From the human T2T-CHM13v2.0 reference genome, Homo sapiens: a stretch of DNA of 64,000 nucleotides. The DNA is taken from assembly GCF_009914755.1 (NCBI RefSeq), contig NC_060926.1; one strand, given 5' to 3'. The stretch's first letter is position 1. Each line of letters starts with the position of its first letter. Position numbers and translations under genes: made by a program. Positions 59,343 to 64,000 of this stretch are shown one piece after another. The notes beneath the pieces were generated by a model, which saw only the letters and a list, made by a program, of their open reading frames with translations, did no database searches and was not told the DNA's origin.

Positions 59343-61766
59343 TGAGAGGTGACAGCGTGCTGGCAGTCCTCAGAGCCCGCGCTTGCTCTTGGCACCTCCT
59401 CTGCCTGGGCTCCCACTTTGGCGGCATTTGAGGAGCCCTTCAGCCCACCATTGCACTGTGGGAGCCCCTTTCTGGGCTGGCCAAGGCTGGAGCCCACTCC
59501 CTCAGCTTGCAGGGAGGTGTGGAGGGAGAGGCGCCAGCGGGAACCGGGGCTGCTTGCCGCGCTTGAGGGCCAGCTGGAGTTCTGGGTGGGTGTGAGCTTG
59601 GCGGACCCTGCACTCGGAGCAGCCGGCCGGCCCTGCCGGCCCCGGGCAATGAGGGACTTAGCACCCAGGCCAGTGGCTGCGGAGGGTGTACTGGGTCCCC
59701 CAGCAGTGCCAGCCCACCAGCACTGTGCTCGATTTCTCACCAAGCCTTAGCTGCCTTCCCACGGGGCAGGGCTCGGGACCTGCAGCCCGCCATGCCTGAG
59801 CCTCCCACTCACTCCATGGGCTCCTGTGGCGGCCCGAGCCTCCCCGACGAGCACCACCCCTTGCTCCACGGCACCCAGTCCCATCGACCACCCAAGGGCT
59901 GAGGAGTGCGAGCGCACAGGTGCGGGACTGGCAGGCCGCTCCACCTGCAGCCCCGGTGTGGGATCCACTAGGTGAAGCCAGCTGGGCTCCTGAATCTGGT
60001 GGGGACATGGAGAGTCTTTATGTCTAGCTCAGGGATTGTAAACACACCAGTCGGCACTCTGTATCTAGCTCAAGGTTTGTAAATACACCAATCAGCACCC
60101 TGTGTTTAACTCAAGGTTTGTGAGTGCACCAATCGACACTCTGTGTCTAGCTGCTCTAGTGGGGCCTTGCAGAACCTTTATGTCTAGCTCAGGGATTGTA
60201 AATACACCAATCAGCCCCCTGTGTTTAGCTCAAGGTTTGTGAGTGCACCAATCGACACTCTGTATCTAGCTGCTCTGGTGGGGCCTTGCAGAACCTTTAT
60301 GTCTAGCTCAGGGATTGTAACTACACCAATCAGCCCCCTGTGTTTAGCTCAAGGTTTGTGAGTGCACCAATTGACACTCTGTATCTAGCTGCTCTGGTGG
60401 GGACGTGGAGAACCTTTATGTCTAGCTCAGGGATTGTAACTACACCAATCAGCACCCTGTGTTTAGCTCAAGGTTTGTGAGTGCACCAATCGACACTCTG
60501 TATCTAGCTGCTCTGGTGGGGACGTGGAGAACCTTTATGTCTAGCTCAGGGATTGTAACTACACCAGTCAGCACCCTGTGTTTAGCTCAAGGTTTGTGAG
60601 TGCACCAGTCGACACTCTGTATCTAGCTGCTCTGGTGGGGCCTTGCAGAACCTTTATGTCTAGCTCAGGGATTGTAACTACACCAATCAGCCCCCTGTGT
60701 TTAGCTCAAGGTTTGTGAGTGCACCAATCGACACTCTGTATCTAGCTGCTCTGGTGGGGACGTGGAGAACCTTTATGTCTAGCTCAGGGATTGTAACTAC
60801 ACCAATCAGCACCCTGTGTTTAGCTCAAGGTTTGTGAGTGCACCAGTCGACACTCTGTATCTAGCTGCTCTGGTGGGGATGTGGAGAACCTTTATGTCTA
60901 GCTCAGGGATTGTAACTACACCAATCAGCACCCCGTGTTTAGCTCAAGGTTTGTGAGTGTACCAATCGATACTCTGTATCTAGCTGCTCTGGTGGGGACT
61001 TGGAGAACCTTTATGTCTAGCTCAGGGATTGTAAATACACCAATCGGCACTCTGTATCTAGCTCAAGGTTTGTAAACACACCAATCAGCACCCTGTGTTT
61101 AAATCAAGGTTTGTGAATGCACCAATTGACACTCTGTATCTAGCTGCTCTGGTGGGGCCTTGGAGAACCTGTGTGTCTAAACTCTGTATCTAACTACTCT
61201 GATGGGGACGTGGAGAACCTTTGTATCTAGCTCAGGGATTGTAAACGCACCAATCAGCGCCCTGACAAAACAGGCCACTCGGCTCTACCAATCAGCAGGA
61301 TGTGGGTGGGGCCAGATAAGAGAATAAAAGCAGGCTGCCTGAGCCAGCATTGGCAACCTGCTCGGGTCCCCTTCCACACTGTGGAACTTTGTTCTTTTGC
61401 TCTTTGCAGTAAATCTTGCTACTGCTTACTCTTTGGGTCCACGCTGTTTTTATGAGCTGTAACACTCTCCGCGAAGATCTGCAGCTTCACTCCTGAGCCC
61501 AGCGAGACCAGGAGCCCACCGGGAGGACCAAACAACTCCAGACGCTCTGCCTTAAGAGCTGTAACACTCACCGCGAAGGTCTGCAGCTTCACTCCTGAGC
61601 CAGCGAGACCACGAACCCACCAGAAGGAAAAAACTCTGAACACATCTGAACATCAGAAGGAACAAACTCCAGATGCACCACCTTAAGAGCTGTAACACTC
61701 ACCGCAAGGGTCCACAGCTTCATTCTTGAAGTCAGTGAGACCAAGAACCCACCAATTCTGGACACA
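59343..61766 (+). mobile_element. LTR12C (ERV9) solo LTR, expanded to 2424 bp, inserted in the HERV-T leader
   Basis: TGAGAGGTGACAGCGTGCTGGCAGTCCTC...CCACCAATTCTGGACACA. Perfect TSD TAAG at 59339-59342 and 61767-61770. GC-rich 5' U3, U3 repeat array, GATAAG/AATAAA promoter box near 61315-61328, and U5 repeats. Confidence 0.94.
60021..61173 (+). repeat. LTR12C U3 minisatellite: one 160-bp unit, seven 119-bp units, one 160-bp unit
   Basis: Anchor TGTCTAGCTCAGGGATTGTA at 60021, 60181, 60300, 60419, 60538, 60657, 60776, 60895 and 61014. Confidence 0.95.
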
Positions 61767-62233
61767 TAAGGACAATCCGAGTGGTCCTTTTTCCCCTCGT
61801 CCCTGCCCCCTACCCCACACATCTCGTTTTCCAGTGCGACAGCAAGTTCAGCGTCTCCAAGACTTCGCTCTGCTCTCACTCCTTGAATCCGTAAAGGAAA
61901 AAGCTAAATTTGAACTGTTTGCCTTTGAATCGTGGAGACATCAAAAATATTTAGGATAAAGGTCTAGAGGAAGATGAAGAGGAAGAACGCCTAGATCAAA
62001 CGGGCCCGGAAGACCTCGGGCTGGCCCCTAGTCCGCCTCCCTTAATCTTAAAGCTACAGCAATGTGGCAAGTGGTATTAGCTGTTGTGGTTTTTCTGTTC
62101 TTTCTGATCGTGTTAATTCTGTTTTTCCGACACTCCAGCCCCCCAGGGAAAGAGTTTCTCTGCCCGTGTTGGAATCTTATATCTCTGCTTAAGACTTTGC
62201 TAAATTGCCTTTAAATAATAATACCAATAAAAA

Positions 62234-63570
62234 ATGGGAAACACTTTCTCCCAGCCCTGTAAGGGTTGGAGCCCTCTCCAGTGTATGCTAAAAAATTTTT
62301 CTTTTGGTTTCAGAGGATTATGGAGTCCGCCTTAAGAAAGGCAAGCTCCGGACACTCTGTGAAGTAGAATGGCCAAAGTTTGGAGTTGGGTGGCCCTCTG
62401 AAGGGTGGTTGAATCCTATAATTGTTCAAGCCATGTGGCGGGTTGTTACCAAAGCTACCGGCCACCCTGATCAGTTTCCCTACATAGATGAATGGTTAAG
62501 TTTGGTTAGTAATCCTCCTCCATGGATCTGTTCCTGCACCATTCACAATTCCACCTCCAAAGTCTTCCTGAGCCAGGCCACGTTTTTGCCTCGACCCTCA
62601 GCCAGTTCGGCTCCCTCTGTACTGCCCACCTCTGAAGAGGAGAGTGTCCCTCACCCAGTCCCACCGCCTTACAACCAGCCTGCTCCCTTAGGGTTGTCTC
62701 ATGTTTCCTCGACAACATCTCCTGTGGGCTCGCCATCCATTGCCTCCTGACTGCGACCACGGCGGGAGGAAGTAGCCCCTCTACTACCACTGAGAGAGGC
62801 ACAAGTCCCTCCGGGTGATGAGCACTCAGCCCCCTTCCTGGTTTATGTCCCTTTTTCTACTTCTGACTTGTATAATTGGAAAACCCATAATCCTCCTTTC
62901 TCTGAAAGGCCCCAGGCTTTGACCTCACTGATGGAGTCCATACTCCGGACCCTTCGGCCCACCTGGGATGACTGCCGACAGCTCCTTTTAACTGTCTTTA
63001 CCTTGGAGGAGAGGGAGTGTATCCAAATAGAGGCCAGAAAGCACTTCCTTGCATCAGCCAATAGGCCAGAGGAGGAAGCTAGAGACCTCCTAGAGGAGGT
63101 ATTTCCCTCTACTCGGCTCAGTTGGGACCTAAATTCCTCAAGTGGAGGGAGAGCTTCGGACGATTTTCACTGGTATCTCCTCGTGGGTATTAAGGGAGCC
63201 GCTCGGAAACTCATAAACTTGTCTAAGGCGATGGAAGTCGTCCAGGAGCCCGATGAGTCAACAGGAGCATTTTTAGAGCGCCTCCAATCGGATTTACACC
63301 CCTTTTGACCCGGCAGTCCCCGAAAATAGCTGTGCTCTTAATTTGGCATTTGTGGCTCAGGCAGCCCCAGATATTAAAAGAAAACTCCAAAAACTGGAGG
63401 GATTTGCTGGAATGAATGTCAGTCAGCTTTTAGAAATAGCCCAAAACGTTTTTGACAATTGAGAGTTTAAAAAACAAAAACAAGCAACACAAGCAGCTAA
63501 AAAGGCCGCTGATAAAACATTCAAAAGACAAACAAAAATCTTAATGGCGACTATCCAAGAGGTACAGGAT
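62234..63570 (+). pseudogene. gag: HERV-T gag (MA, late domain, CA), disrupted; NC missing
   Basis: ATG GGA AAC (myristoylation Gly) at 62234 and a frameshift near 62310. Motifs WPKFGVGWPSEG, GHPDQFPYI, PPPY, SDLYNWKTHNPPFSE and MHR-like QEPDESTGAFLERL. Stop at 62748 and a second frameshift near 63288. Confidence 0.92.
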
Positions 63571-64000
63571 GAAATGGCCCATTAATTTGGGCAGACACAG
63601 AAGAACAGACTTTTGAAAACCTAAAAAAGGCATTAACTGAAGCCCCTGCTTTAGCCCTTCCTAATATCTCAAAGCCGTTTCACCTGTTTGTCCATGAAAG
63701 CCAGGGAGTTGCTAAAAGGGCTTGAGACTCCAGACTTTAAGACCCTGGAGATGCACAGTGGCCTATTTATCTAAGAGACTGGATCCTATGGCCTCCAGAT
63801 GGCCAAGTTGTCTGTGAGCTGTAGCGGCTACAGCAAGCCTAGTCCAAGAGGCTGATAAGTTGACTCTGGGCCAAAATTTAACTCTTACGGCTCCTCGTGC
63901 TGTAGAGGCTTTACTTCAAAGTGCTTCTGGCAAATGAATGTCAAATGCTCGCATCCTGCAGTATCGGAGTTTACTGTTAGATCAGCCTCCTTTGACTTTC
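63571..64000 (+). pseudogene. pol: HERV-T pol remnant (RT connection/tether region)
   Basis: Reads PLIWADTEEQTFENLKKALTEAPALALPNISKPFHLFV...[10 protein letters not shown]...WPSCL*AVAATA...KLTLGQNL...SNARILQY, typical of the gammaretroviral RT connection domain. Confidence 0.88.

Noticed and set aside
59336-60008. GC/CpG-rich segment with many overlapping ORFs, resembling a gene promoter or first exon
   Set aside because: It is the standard GC-rich 5' U3 of LTR12C; the ORFs reflect low stop-codon frequency.
60021-61173. Regular array resembling CRISPR
   Set aside because: The units are head-to-tail near-identical with no unique spacers, lie inside LTR12C, and have no cas genes nearby; the DNA is primate.

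Overview
This is AT-rich primate genomic DNA, most likely great ape or human, because it contains a young L1PA element, Alu S/J and LTR12C. I find no intact protein-coding gene and no prokaryotic system. Nearly all ORFs are transposon relics or low-complexity artefacts. The main contents are: (1) a near-full-length but dead L1PA2-like LINE-1 (3141-9171) with a 10-bp TSD; (2) a nested stack of old L1M, MER58, MLT1, THE1 and Alu elements at 17-21.5 kb; (3) an ERV1 cluster at 33.5-37.5 kb made of a doubly truncated HERV-H piece, a solo LTR17 and a solo MER4E-type LTR; (4) from 56061 to the window end, a HERV-T (HERVS71/LTR6) provirus. Its leader carries a 1433-bp adenine-free (CT)-rich tract and a same-orientation solo LTR12C whose U3 CCAAT/GATA repeat array is expanded by seven 119-bp units; a decayed gag follows, fused by a large deletion to the RT connection domain. 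This composite provirus is the most unusual object in the window. Subfamily names come from my recall of consensus sequences, not from a database search, and boundaries of old repeats are approximate.
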